A DNA stretch of 44,810 bases, from positions 1 through 44,810 of the forward strand of contig CAZNKO010000002.1 in assembly GCA_964573855.1 (NCBI GenBank), in the 5' to 3' direction. Shown piece by piece: positions 1 to 8,290 of the stretch (position 1 is its first letter; every line of letters starts with the position of its first letter). The translations under genes and the position numbers were made by a program. The notes beneath the pieces are model-generated. The model made no database searches, was not told the origin of the DNA, and saw only the letters and a list, made by a program, of their open reading frames with translations. The stretch comes from an uncultured Gammaproteobacteria bacterium. Its GTDB lineage: Bacteria; Patescibacteriota; Patescibacteriia; UBA9934; GWF2-40-263.

Positions 1-1005
1 CGACTCTACAAGCTCCTAACGGAATTTGGTGGCAGAAGTTAGATATTCCCCTTGAGGATTATCGTTCGAAGTTTGAATCCTTGGTGCGCGAGCAGGGGAT
101 CTGGCCGGAGAATTTTAACGAAAATGCAAACAATTCTTCCGGGGAATACCTCTGGGATGTGACCGATGTCCGCGAAAGCTATCAATCCTTCGACCACGCC
201 CGCGATCTTTTTTATTGCTTCATGTGTTTTCATGAGGCAGAGCGACTCGCGTTTTGCGGCGGTTCCCTCGTTTGCAACGACATGATCGGCTCCGTCGTTA
301 ACAGTCGATCTTCAAATTGCAGGTATTGTTATGCCATGGTCGGTTGCCAGAACATGGAATACTCCATGAATTGTTTTAACTGTGAAAATTGTTTTGGCTG
401 TATTGGTCTTCAGAACAAAAAGTTTCATATTTTTAATGTCGCGTATCCAGAGGATGAATATTGGAAGATGGTAGATGAATTGAAATGCGCCATGCTGGAG
501 CGTGGGGAATATGGGGAATCGTTCCCGACCCGTTTTTCCGCCTCTTATTTTTATGAATCAGGAGCGGTCGCGCTTTTCGGGTGCGGAAAGGAGGACGCCG
601 AACAGTTGGGCATTGTTGAGTATGATCCGAACATGAATGGGGCTTCTGGGTACATGGAGGTCGCGAAAGACGTCAAGCGAACGTCCGATGTTCCAGACGC
701 CATAGACGACATGTCCGTGGATGAGTGGGCAGGGGTGCCGATTTTTGATGCAGAAAAAAATAGACAATATTCCTATCTGAAGCCGGAACTTGAGTTTTAT
801 CATCAAAAGCGGATTGCTGCCCCGAACAAGCATTTTATTTACCCGGATTTATGAGCTGACACAGCAGATGAACTCTGCAATTTTTGTTGCAGAAAAATGT
901 TCAAAATGTTCAAAGGCCATTCGGGTTGGAAAATGCTTCGGATATCCGGAACGGACGATCTACTGCCGCCCGTGTTATTTGCAATATCTCGAGACACACA
1001 ATTAA
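1..1005 (+). pseudogene. Cys-rich ~575-aa paralog family, copy 1. The 5' end lies outside the window and the frame is broken by a 1-nt shift near 836-845.
   Basis: Frame 3 is open from nt 3 (..LDIPLEDYRSKFESLVREQGIWPENFN..). It is colinear with the C-terminal half of the full-length paralogs (MEYSMNCFNCENCFGCIGLQNKKFHIFN, KCAMLERGEYGE). It stops after ..NKHFIYPDL (TGA 852-854). The family C-terminus (CSKCSK..YCRPCYLQYLE) continues in the next frame (ORF 790..1005). Confidence 0.6.
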
Positions 1006-1013
1006 TTCTCCAT

Positions 1014-1040
1014 TCTCTAATTCGCGCGAATAGGAGAATA
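1014..1040 (+). promoter_or_regulatory. Copy 1 of 6 of a conserved upstream motif (TTCTCTA-TTCGCGCGAATAGGAGAATA), containing the 14-bp perfect palindrome TATTCGCGCGAATA (1019-1032)
   Basis: Direct comparison with 5152, 28441, 28843, 29149 and 29615. It lies 9 nt upstream of the ATG at 1049. Confidence 0.6.
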
Positions 1041-1048
1041 AGGAAATT

Positions 1049-2776
1049 ATGTCCAAAACACCGAAATTTGATGCGAAAGTAAAAGCCATCCTCGACGCCA
1101 CCAAACCCGGCGAGCGCACGTGCGCGCTCACGGGAGAGAAATGGAACATGACAGATGAAGAAATTGGGTGGTACAAAAAATTCAATGTCCCGCCGTCGAA
1201 GTTCCATCCGGAAATGCGCCGGCGATTATTGTTTGGATTTCCTTCGGGGGTCGCGATTTGGCGGAAGCCGCATATGACTACGAAAGAGCCAATCTTGAGT
1301 TTCGTGCATCCAGACAGTCCGTATCAAGTCGTGACAGATAAGGAATGGGCGGTTGGGGAATATCTTCGGGAAGGTCCGGAGCTCGACGCTTCGCGCCCAT
1401 TTTTTGATCAATTCGAGTCTCTCGCACACGCCGTTCCGGTTTCCGCTTTGCGCGCGGACCCCGCGGACGTGAATACGATCGGTGTCGATACCCTAAAGAT
1501 CGAGGATTCCCAAATGGTGTTCGGGTGCGCGGAAAACAAACGATGTTTTTATCTTTATACTTCGTATCAATGTGAGGATTGCGTGGATATTGCCAACACG
1601 CGACTCACCCAGGATTGTTACGCGATCAACCGATCCAAACAGCTTCATCAATGTCAGTTCGTTTTTGAATCTGCCCAATGCCAGCAAAGCGCGTTTCTCT
1701 TTGACTGCAAAAATCTTGATTATTGTTTCGGTGCAACAAACAAGGTCAACAAGAAATACTTGTGGTTCAATGAACAGCTCACGAAAGAGGAATGGGAAAA
1801 ACGCCGCGCCACGGTGGACCTCTCATCTCGCGCGGTACTCGAGGAATATTATAAGAGATTTTACGATCTTATTGCGAAGGCTGCGTGGCCGCCTTCTTAC
1901 ATCATTGGTTCCGAAGATTGCACGGGAGAATATCTTCAGGAGTCTGTGCGGTGCCATGATTCGTACTGGGTCAATCTAGGTGTGGATTTATATTCCTGCT
2001 TCATGGCCGTGGAGTTCCAGCAGAGCGCTTTTTCCATTTGGATCGGGTGGGGAAGTGACGTGTATTATACGTGCGACCATGTCGGCGGCCCGGTAAAATT
2101 TTGTTTCCGCACGTGGGACTGCACGGACATGGAGTACTCCATGGATTGCCGCAACTGTGAACACTGTTTCGGATGCGCGGGATTAAAGCGAAAAAAGTAC
2201 TGCATTTTCAATGTCCAATACACGCCGGAGGCGTACTGGAAGAAGCTGGATGAAATAAAATGTGCGATGTTGGATCGCGGCGAGTATGGCGAATTTTTCC
2301 CAGCAAAATTTTCCCAGAGCGGTTTCCAATTCTCGATGGGAGATTTGTTTGCTGAATATACACCCGAGGAATACCGTTTGTTTGCGGCCCCGAAATTTGA
2401 TCCGAATCGTGCCGCGGTGCACGCCTCCATGCAGGATGGCGAGGCAGCACTCACCACGGATACGCTTCCGGATCGTCTCGCGGACGCTTCAGAATCTCTG
2501 GTCGGCAAGCCGATTTTTGACAAGAAACTCGGGAGAAATTACAGCATCGCGCCCCTCGAGTGGGCGTTTTACCAGCGCCACAAGCTTGCCATCCCGAGCG
2601 AGCACTTCTTGAGCCGCCTCCGGAATATCGTCCGCACCTCAAACTCACCGGTCAAAATGGCCGCCTCTTGTTCCTCTTGCGGCACAGAAATTACTACTTA
2701 CAAAAACGCAACGTTCCCAAAGCGCAACCTCATGTGCCGCCCGTGCTATCTGAAATATCTTGAAAAAAACAATTAG
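1049..2776 (+). CDS. Cys-rich repeat protein of unknown function, paralog copy 2 (575 aa), with a C-terminal CxxC..CxxC zinc ribbon
   Basis: Long ORF with an ATG start and the motif upstream. Signature blocks: FDCKNLDYCFGATNKVNKKYLWFNEQLTKEEWEKRR, MEYSMDCRNCEHCFGCAGLKRKKYCIFNVQYT, CSSCG..CRPCYLKYLE. Homologous over its full length to 3413..5146 and 5187..6923. Confidence 0.85.
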   Translation: MSKTPKFDAKVKAILDATKPGERTCALTGEKWNMTDEEIGWYKKFNVPPSKFHPEMRRRLLFGFPSGVAIWRKPHMTTKEPILSFVHPDSPYQVVTDKEWAVGEYLREGPELDASRPFFDQFESLAHAVPVSALRADPADVNTIGVDTLKIEDSQMVFGCAENKRCFYLYTSYQCEDCVDIANTRLTQDCYAINRSKQLHQCQFVFESAQCQQSAFLFDCKNLDYCFGATNKVNKKYLWFNEQLTKEEWEKRRATVDLSSRAVLEEYYKRFYDLIAKAAWPPSYIIGSEDCTGEYLQESVRCHDSYWVNLGVDLYSCFMAVEFQQSAFSIWIGWGSDVYYTCDHVGGPVKFCFRTWDCTDMEYSMDCRNCEHCFGCAGLKRKKYCIFNVQYTPEAYWKKLDEIKCAMLDRGEYGEFFPAKFSQSGFQFSMGDLFAEYTPEEYRLFAAPKFDPNRAAVHASMQDGEAALTTDTLPDRLADASESLVGKPIFDKKLGRNYSIAPLEWAFYQRHKLAIPSEHFLSRLRNIVRTSNSPVKMAASCSSCGTEITTYKNATFPKRNLMCRPCYLKYLEKNN

Positions 2777-2795
2777 GTCTGCTAATTTGAGCTAT

Positions 2796-3029
2796 ATGAC
2801 GTATCCGCATATTTCTCGCGACCCAGGCATATTGGGCGGAAAACCAGTGATTGCCGACACGCGTATTTCAGTGGATATGATTTTGGAGTTCCTTTCTTCA
2901 GGCATGTCTGCGAAAGATATCGTGAAGCAGTATCCTCAATTAACCGAGGAATTTATCCGTGAGGCCTTGGCGTACGCGGCTACGGATATCCGGCGTTCCG
3001 AAATTGACTCGATCCGGCTCCCGAGGTAA
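2796..3029 (+). CDS. DUF433-family antitoxin-like protein
   Basis: The sequence MTYPHISRDPGILGGKPVIADTRISVDMILEFL..G.S...I...YP.LT.E.I..AL is the typical DUF433 signature. The ATG at 2796 lies just after the stop of the upstream gene. The ORF-track start at 2760 is a TTG inside the upstream gene. Confidence 0.75.
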   Translation: MTYPHISRDPGILGGKPVIADTRISVDMILEFLSSGMSAKDIVKQYPQLTEEFIREALAYAATDIRRSEIDSIRLPR

Positions 3030-3034
3030 ATCGT

Positions 3035-3406
3035 ATGCGTTTCCTCGCGGACGAAAACGTGGCCGCGGAGGTTGTGCATGCCCTTGCCGAAGCCGGACAC
3101 GATGTGCTTCGCGTTTTTGATGTCATGCCTGGGGCAAGCGATAAAGACGTGCTTCAGCGCGCCTATCAGGAGGCGCGTATTATTTTGACGCATGATCAGG
3201 ATTTCGGAAATGTGCTTCGCTACCCCTTGCATGCCCATCGCGGCATTCTGCTCATGCGATTCAAAGATCAGTCACCCGCAAATGTCATTCGTCATTTAAA
3301 TGCATTGATCGATGAGACGTTTGAGCAGAAGATCCAAAATCGTCTCGTGATTGTCCGTGAGGATCACGTTCGATTTTATTCAGGTGAATCCAATAGTCGA
3401 TCATAA
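3035..3406 (+). CDS. DUF5615/PIN-like (Mut7-C-like) putative toxin, partner of DUF433
   Basis: MRFLADENV...THDQDFG is typical of the PIN-like proteins encoded next to DUF433 genes. It starts 5 nt after the DUF433 stop. Confidence 0.7.
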   Translation: MRFLADENVAAEVVHALAEAGHDVLRVFDVMPGASDKDVLQRAYQEARIILTHDQDFGNVLRYPLHAHRGILLMRFKDQSPANVIRHLNALIDETFEQKIQNRLVIVREDHVRFYSGESNSRS

Positions 3407-3412
3407 TTCAGT

Positions 3413-5146
3413 ATGTCCAAAACTCCGAACTACGATGCAAAAATCAAAGCCATCCTCGACGCCACGCGGCCGGGGGAGCGGACGTGCGCGCTCACCGGTC
3501 AGAAATGGGAACTTACGGCCGGGGAGCTCGAATGGTGCTGGCGATTTCTCGTTCCTCCTTCAACGATCCATCCGTTCGTCCGGATGAAAATACTTTTTGC
3601 TTATAATTCGGCCCTTTCACTCTGGCGCAAGCCGCATGCGATCACGGGCGAACCTATCCTTTCTTATATTCATCCAGACAACCAAGTAAAGGTGGTAACA
3701 GATGCAGAGTGGATGAGTCTCGATCAATCTTCTCAAGGGCGGTCGGTGGATGTGAGCCAGCCGTTTTTTGATCAGTTGTATCAGCGTTACCTTGACACCA
3801 GCTTTCGCGCGCTCGCGACCCCCGGGGATTCCGTGAATACGATCGGATTTGGAATGCACAAGTGTCTCGATAGTTTCATGATTTTTGCTTCTTTGGATAT
3901 CGAACGTTCCTCATACGTGGAGGCCTCGACCTCTGTCAGGGATTCGGTTGATGTGACGAATTCCCTTGGTGGTATCGCGGAGAGTTCCAGTATTAATCGT
4001 TGTCGTTCTCTCTATAACTGTCATGTTGCGTTTGAGTGCCATGACTGTCTCAATTCCTGGTTTTTGTTTGATTGTCGAAATTGCGAGTACTGTTTCGGCG
4101 CGACGAATCAGAGGAACAAAAAGTACCTTTGGTTCAATGAGCAACTGACGAAAGAAGAATGGGAGCGGCGGCGAGAGGCCGTCGGCCTTTCGTCCTATGC
4201 GATTTTTGAACGCGAACGCAAACGTTTTTTCGATCTGGTTGCTGGATCCGTCTGGCCGGAAACGTTTAATATCGCCGCGGGCGCATCCACTGGGGAATAT
4301 CTCGAGGAAACCGTCCGTGTCCTGGAAGGATACCAATTGCAGAAAGTTACGGACTGCTTTCGTGTGTGGTTCGCGGTCGGCAGTTCAGATTGTGCCTATC
4401 AGACCGGTTCCGGATTCGGGTCGGAAATTTGGCAGACGAGCGGGGCCGCCTATTCCCAAAACGTAAAGTTCTCACACAATCTCACCAGATGCGAAGACGT
4501 TGAATACTGTGTGGCGTGCATGAACTGCTCCCATTGTTTTGGTTGCGTGAATTTGAATCGGAAACAGTATTGCATTTTGAACAAGCAGTATACGGAACAG
4601 GATTATTGGCGGACGTTGGACGATCTTAAATGCGTCATGCTGGAGCGCGGGGAATACGGTAAATCCGTTCCCGGTAAGATGAGCATTGTTGGTATGCCGT
4701 TTTCCGCCGCCGCACTACTGCTAGGAATCTCCAAAGAGGAGATTGAATTATTTGGCGGTGAAATCTATGACGCGAAACGCGGTATGTCGTATATGCCGGC
4801 CGAAGTCGACCCTGGTCACCGGTTAACGCCCGAGGCTCTCCCGGACCGTCTTGAGGACGCGACGGGGCTTGTGAATCGGGCGGTCTGGGATCCCGCGGCT
4901 GGCCGTTCGTATCCGATCATGCCGCGCGATTTTGATTTTGCGGAGCGTCATCATCTTCCCCTCCCGCGAAAGCATTTCCTCTCCCGATTGCAAGAGCTGA
5001 ATCTTCTTTCCAATGTTCCCGAGACGATAGATAGGGCGTGTGCTTCCTGCGGCAAGGGGATCAAAGTTTACCGGAATAACACGTTTTCCACGCGCCGGGT
5101 CTTGTGTGAGGCATGTTATCTCGCGTATCTTGAATCGCGCGGTTGA
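3413..5146 (+). CDS. Cys-rich repeat protein of unknown function, paralog copy 3 (577 aa)
   Basis: Full-length homolog of 1049..2776, with an identical block NKKYLWFNEQLTKEEWERRR, VEYCVACMNCSHCFGCVNLNRKQYCILNKQYT and a C-terminal CASCG..CEACYLAYLE. It starts 6 nt after the PIN-like stop and has no copy of the upstream motif. Confidence 0.85.
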   Translation: MSKTPNYDAKIKAILDATRPGERTCALTGQKWELTAGELEWCWRFLVPPSTIHPFVRMKILFAYNSALSLWRKPHAITGEPILSYIHPDNQVKVVTDAEWMSLDQSSQGRSVDVSQPFFDQLYQRYLDTSFRALATPGDSVNTIGFGMHKCLDSFMIFASLDIERSSYVEASTSVRDSVDVTNSLGGIAESSSINRCRSLYNCHVAFECHDCLNSWFLFDCRNCEYCFGATNQRNKKYLWFNEQLTKEEWERRREAVGLSSYAIFERERKRFFDLVAGSVWPETFNIAAGASTGEYLEETVRVLEGYQLQKVTDCFRVWFAVGSSDCAYQTGSGFGSEIWQTSGAAYSQNVKFSHNLTRCEDVEYCVACMNCSHCFGCVNLNRKQYCILNKQYTEQDYWRTLDDLKCVMLERGEYGKSVPGKMSIVGMPFSAAALLLGISKEEIELFGGEIYDAKRGMSYMPAEVDPGHRLTPEALPDRLEDATGLVNRAVWDPAAGRSYPIMPRDFDFAERHHLPLPRKHFLSRLQELNLLSNVPETIDRACASCGKGIKVYRNNTFSTRRVLCEACYLAYLESRG

Positions 5147-5151
5147 TCTCC

Positions 5152-5179
5152 ATCTCTAATTCGCGCGAATGGTAGAATA
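5152..5179 (+). promoter_or_regulatory. Upstream motif copy 2 of 6 (ATCTCTAATTCGCGCGAATGGTAGAATA). Palindrome ATTCGCGCGAAT at 5159-5170; TGgTAGAAT resembles an extended -10.
   Basis: Direct sequence comparison. It ends 8 nt before the ATG at 5187. Confidence 0.6.
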
Positions 5180-5186
5180 AGAAGAT

Positions 5187-6923
5187 ATGAGCAAAACCTC
5201 GAACTACGACGCAAAAGTAAAAGCCATCCTCGACGCCACGCACCCGGGGGAGCGGGTTTGCGCGCTCACGGGAGAGAAGTGGATGATGGATGAGCGCGAA
5301 ATTGGTTGGTACAAAAAATTTAACGTCCCGCCGTCGAAGTACAGTCCCTTTACGCGCATTAAAGCAATGGCCGCGTATTTTATTTTGTTTGACATCTGGT
5401 ACAACAAACATGCGGAAACAGGAAAACCGATCATCAGCAATATCCATCCCGCGACCGGTATCCGCGTCCTTCCGGATGAAGACTGGTTTGGACGAGACTT
5501 TTCTGACCTTTCTCTTGCTTTGGATCTCCAGAAACCATTTTTTCAACAATTGTACCGTTTAAGCCGGATGGTTCCCCGCGCGGCCGGATACAATCCGGTG
5601 AAGCCGGAACGTTCCATTGCGTTCATTTCTTTCGGAGACGAAGATAGTTATTTTGTTCTCGCGTGTCGTTCCAAGCGCAGCGTCTACTGCATCAACGGGT
5701 TCGATGTTGAGGATAGCGCGGAGTTGGATGCCGTAAATTCTGCCCGACGTTCTTATAACGTTATTTATTCCGATCGTGTCTATCAATGTAAATTCATCCG
5801 AGAGTCGCGGGACGTTCAATTCTCTTCCTTCTTGTTCGATTGTCGCAATTGCGAATATTGCTTTGGCGCCACGAACCAACGCAATAAAAAATATCTCTGG
5901 TTCAACGAGCAACTCTCAAGAGAGGAATGGGAACGTCGCGTTGCTGCCGTCGACCTTGCTTCGTTTGCCGTCCGTCAGGAGTATGAAAGGAAATTCCATG
6001 AACTGGTGAGCAAGGCTATTTGGCCTGAAAATTTTAACATCAACAGTCCCGGGTGTACGGGGGAGTATTTGACGGATTGCGTGGACGTGAAGGAGAGCTA
6101 CAATGCTCGGGGGGCGAGAGACGCGGAATACATTTGCTATTCCATTGGCCCATCGCACGATCTGTATTATGCAAGCGGAAATGCGGACGCCTCCGATTGT
6201 TATTACGGGGTCGGTTTTCACTATACGAGTCAAAGCAAATTTTCCCTTTCGATTACCCAACGGTGCCTCGGGGTGGAGTATTGCGAGAGCTGTTATGATT
6301 GTTCGTATTGTTTTGGACGTGTTGGATTACAAAGGAAGTCGTTTTGCATTCTGAACAAGCAATACACGGAGGCGGAGTATTGGAAGACCGTCGATGCCTT
6401 GAAGTGTGCGATGCTCGATCGGGGGGAATATGGTGAAGCGGCGCCAGCCTATTTTTCAACGCAACATTGGCCAGGATCAGGAGCCACGACGATCTATGAG
6501 GCAACGGAAGAGGACGCGCGAAGATTGCGTGCGGCGCAATTTCAGGCGTCGGACGACGACGCGGAAGGTCCACCAGTAGACCAAACAAAAATTCGCAACG
6601 TGGAAAGCATGCCAGACCGTGTGGCAAATGAGAGCATTGACAGTCTTGTTAGGGTTCCGTTTTTGGACCCAAAGATGGGTCGGCGGTTTTCGTATCTTAA
6701 ACCAGAGCTTGAGCTGTATCAGAAATTGGGGGTTGCCCCGCTGAGGCGGCATCCGACGGGATGCATCCATGATCTCTATCGCGAAATGAATCGGCCGATT
6801 TTTCACGAAACGACATGCGCGAAGTGCGGGAAGGGGATTCGGGTCGCGGATAATCAGGCGTATCCGAAGCGAATCATCTATTGTCAGCTCTGCTATTTGA
6901 GGTATCTTGAAGAGCGTGGATGA
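5187..6923 (+). CDS. Cys-rich repeat protein of unknown function, paralog copy 4 (578 aa)
   Basis: Full-length homolog of copies 2 and 3 (FDCRNCEYCFGATNQRNKKYLWFNEQLSREEWERR, VEYCESCYDCSYCFGRVGLQRKSFCILNKQYT, CAKCG..CQLCYLRYLE). Confidence 0.85.
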   Translation: MSKTSNYDAKVKAILDATHPGERVCALTGEKWMMDEREIGWYKKFNVPPSKYSPFTRIKAMAAYFILFDIWYNKHAETGKPIISNIHPATGIRVLPDEDWFGRDFSDLSLALDLQKPFFQQLYRLSRMVPRAAGYNPVKPERSIAFISFGDEDSYFVLACRSKRSVYCINGFDVEDSAELDAVNSARRSYNVIYSDRVYQCKFIRESRDVQFSSFLFDCRNCEYCFGATNQRNKKYLWFNEQLSREEWERRVAAVDLASFAVRQEYERKFHELVSKAIWPENFNINSPGCTGEYLTDCVDVKESYNARGARDAEYICYSIGPSHDLYYASGNADASDCYYGVGFHYTSQSKFSLSITQRCLGVEYCESCYDCSYCFGRVGLQRKSFCILNKQYTEAEYWKTVDALKCAMLDRGEYGEAAPAYFSTQHWPGSGATTIYEATEEDARRLRAAQFQASDDDAEGPPVDQTKIRNVESMPDRVANESIDSLVRVPFLDPKMGRRFSYLKPELELYQKLGVAPLRRHPTGCIHDLYREMNRPIFHETTCAKCGKGIRVADNQAYPKRIIYCQLCYLRYLEERG

Positions 6924-7052
6924 GCTGGAATCTTTGAAATTTCTTCATCTGCTGCGTTGCGGGGCCCCGCTGACTCGTCAACGTACGGATAAAGTACGTC
7001 TCCTCGTCAGTTTCCCCGCGCCTAGCAGCTGGAGTTTTTCATAGATTCCAGT
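6924..7052. repeat. ~128-bp imperfect palindrome filling the intergenic gap after paralog copy 4
   Basis: GCTGGAATCT..CTGCTGCGTTGCGGGG..CCGCTGAC..ACGTAC ggataaa GTACGT..GTCAG..CCCCGCGCCTAGCAG..AGATTCCAG. The arms pair along most of their length. Confidence 0.6.
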
Positions 7053-7060
7053 CGATAGAT

Positions 7061-7756
7061 ATGCAAGAACATATTATATTCAAAACATCTGATGGTATCG
7101 AAATCGTTGGTGATTATTACGCTTCGGGCCCTTCGACAAGCTCAGGGCCTAACGGCAAGTTTGCAATTCTTCTCCACATGATGCCGGCAACGAAGGAGAG
7201 CTGGAAGCCGTTTGCCGCGAAACTTGTCGCAAAGGGTTACGATGTGCTCGCGATCGACGAGCGCGGGCATGGGGAGAGCACTATGGGTGGCACATTGGAT
7301 TACAAAAAATTTGGCGAGGCTGAACAGCAGGCAAAAATTTTAGACGTTGAGGCTGCATTTGAGTTTCTAAAAGGGAACCCTTCGACAAGCTCAGGGCCAA
7401 GGGGGGCGACGGAGAAGAACACGGTTTTGGTCGGCGCGTCGATTGGCGCGAATCTCACGATCCAATTTTTGACCATGCATCCAGGCGTGGCCGTCGGCGT
7501 TGCGCTTTCGCCTGGATTGAATTACCGCGGGGTGACGACCGATGATAAAATCACGAAGCTCCATTCGGGACAGAAAATCGTTTTGGTCGCGAGCGACGAC
7601 GATGATCGTGATTCGGCCGCGAGTTGCCGCGAGCTTCATAGATTAAATGAGGTGCAGACGGTTTTGATTGAAAAGAATGGTCTCGGGCACGGCACGACCA
7701 TGTTCGAGCGGGATCCGAAATTGATGGATGAGATGATTAACTATCTGTCATTCTGA
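7061..7756 (+). CDS. Alpha/beta hydrolase fold protein (231 aa) carrying two in-frame PSTSSG repeat insertions
   Basis: Nucleophile elbow GASIG and a C-terminal GLGHG. The overall pattern matches the dienelactone-hydrolase/alpha-beta hydrolase type. Confidence 0.7.
   Translation: MQEHIIFKTSDGIEIVGDYYASGPSTSSGPNGKFAILLHMMPATKESWKPFAAKLVAKGYDVLAIDERGHGESTMGGTLDYKKFGEAEQQAKILDVEAAFEFLKGNPSTSSGPRGATEKNTVLVGASIGANLTIQFLTMHPGVAVGVALSPGLNYRGVTTDDKITKLHSGQKIVLVASDDDDRDSAASCRELHRLNEVQTVLIEKNGLGHGTTMFERDPKLMDEMINYLSF
7129..7147 (+). repeat. Short type-A element CCCTTCGACAAGCTCAGGG, in-frame in the CDS (PSTSSG)
   Basis: Exact string repeated at 7378. Near-identical copies at 10522 and 20543. Confidence 0.8.
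7378..7396 (+). repeat. Short type-A element CCCTTCGACAAGCTCAGGG, in-frame in the CDS (PSTSSG)
   Basis: Exact copy of 7129..7147 within the same gene. Confidence 0.8.
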
Positions 7757-7805
7757 GCCGCAGGCGAAGAATCTTATGAGATCCTTCGCTGACGCTCAGG
7801 ATGAC
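7747..7805. repeat. Type-D palindromic element (GTCATTCTGAGC..GCGAAGAATCT tatg AGATCCTTCGC..GCTCAGGATGAC)
   Basis: An inverted repeat. The same element family is seen, in the opposite orientation, at 14098, 18791 and 33719. It contains the stop codon of the hydrolase gene. Confidence 0.7.
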
Positions 7806-7813
7806 AAAAGCCT

Positions 7814-8290
7814 ATGTCTTGGAAAGAAGCCGTTCTCGTCTTTGGGGCCGAATATCTGGTGTATGTCCAAGCGCTTGCAACGCTGGTTTTTGCTTGGCTT
7901 CAGCGCCGGATCATTCGCGCGACGTTTTTTGCCTACGCGATCGTGAGCGGAGTCCTCGCTTTTGCCCTGTCTCGTCTCGCCGGGCTTCTCTACAACAATC
8001 CTCGGCCGTTTGTCGTTGAAGGGTTTACGCCGCCGATTCCGCACGCGCCGGATAACGGATTCCCATCGGATCACACGCTTCTTGCCGCTTGGCTCGCAGC
8101 GCTTGTGATGCCGTATGACCGGCGGCTCGGAACGATCCTCGCGATCGGCGCGCTTTTGGTCGGATTCTTTCGAGTCGCGGCCGGCGTCCATCACATGGTT
8201 GATATCATCGGATCCATCGTGATTGTGACTGTCTCGGCTCTTTCTACCTTCTACTTTCTACCTTCTACCCGCCGTCTATGGCAGAAATGA
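7814..8290 (+). CDS. PAP2-superfamily phosphatase (membrane protein, BcrC/undecaprenyl-diphosphatase-like)
   Basis: PAP2 motifs NNPRPF, PSDHT and RVAAGVHHMVD, plus hydrophobic segments. Confidence 0.75.
   Translation: MSWKEAVLVFGAEYLVYVQALATLVFAWLQRRIIRATFFAYAIVSGVLAFALSRLAGLLYNNPRPFVVEGFTPPIPHAPDNGFPSDHTLLAAWLAALVMPYDRRLGTILAIGALLVGFFRVAAGVHHMVDIIGSIVIVTVSALSTFYFLPSTRRLWQK
8242..8269 (+). repeat. Heptanucleotide tandem array (TTCTACC/TTCTACT) x4
   Basis: ttctacc ttctact ttctacc ttctacc. It lies in the 3' tail of the PAP2 gene, immediately upstream of the HD gene start at 8278. Confidence 0.8.
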
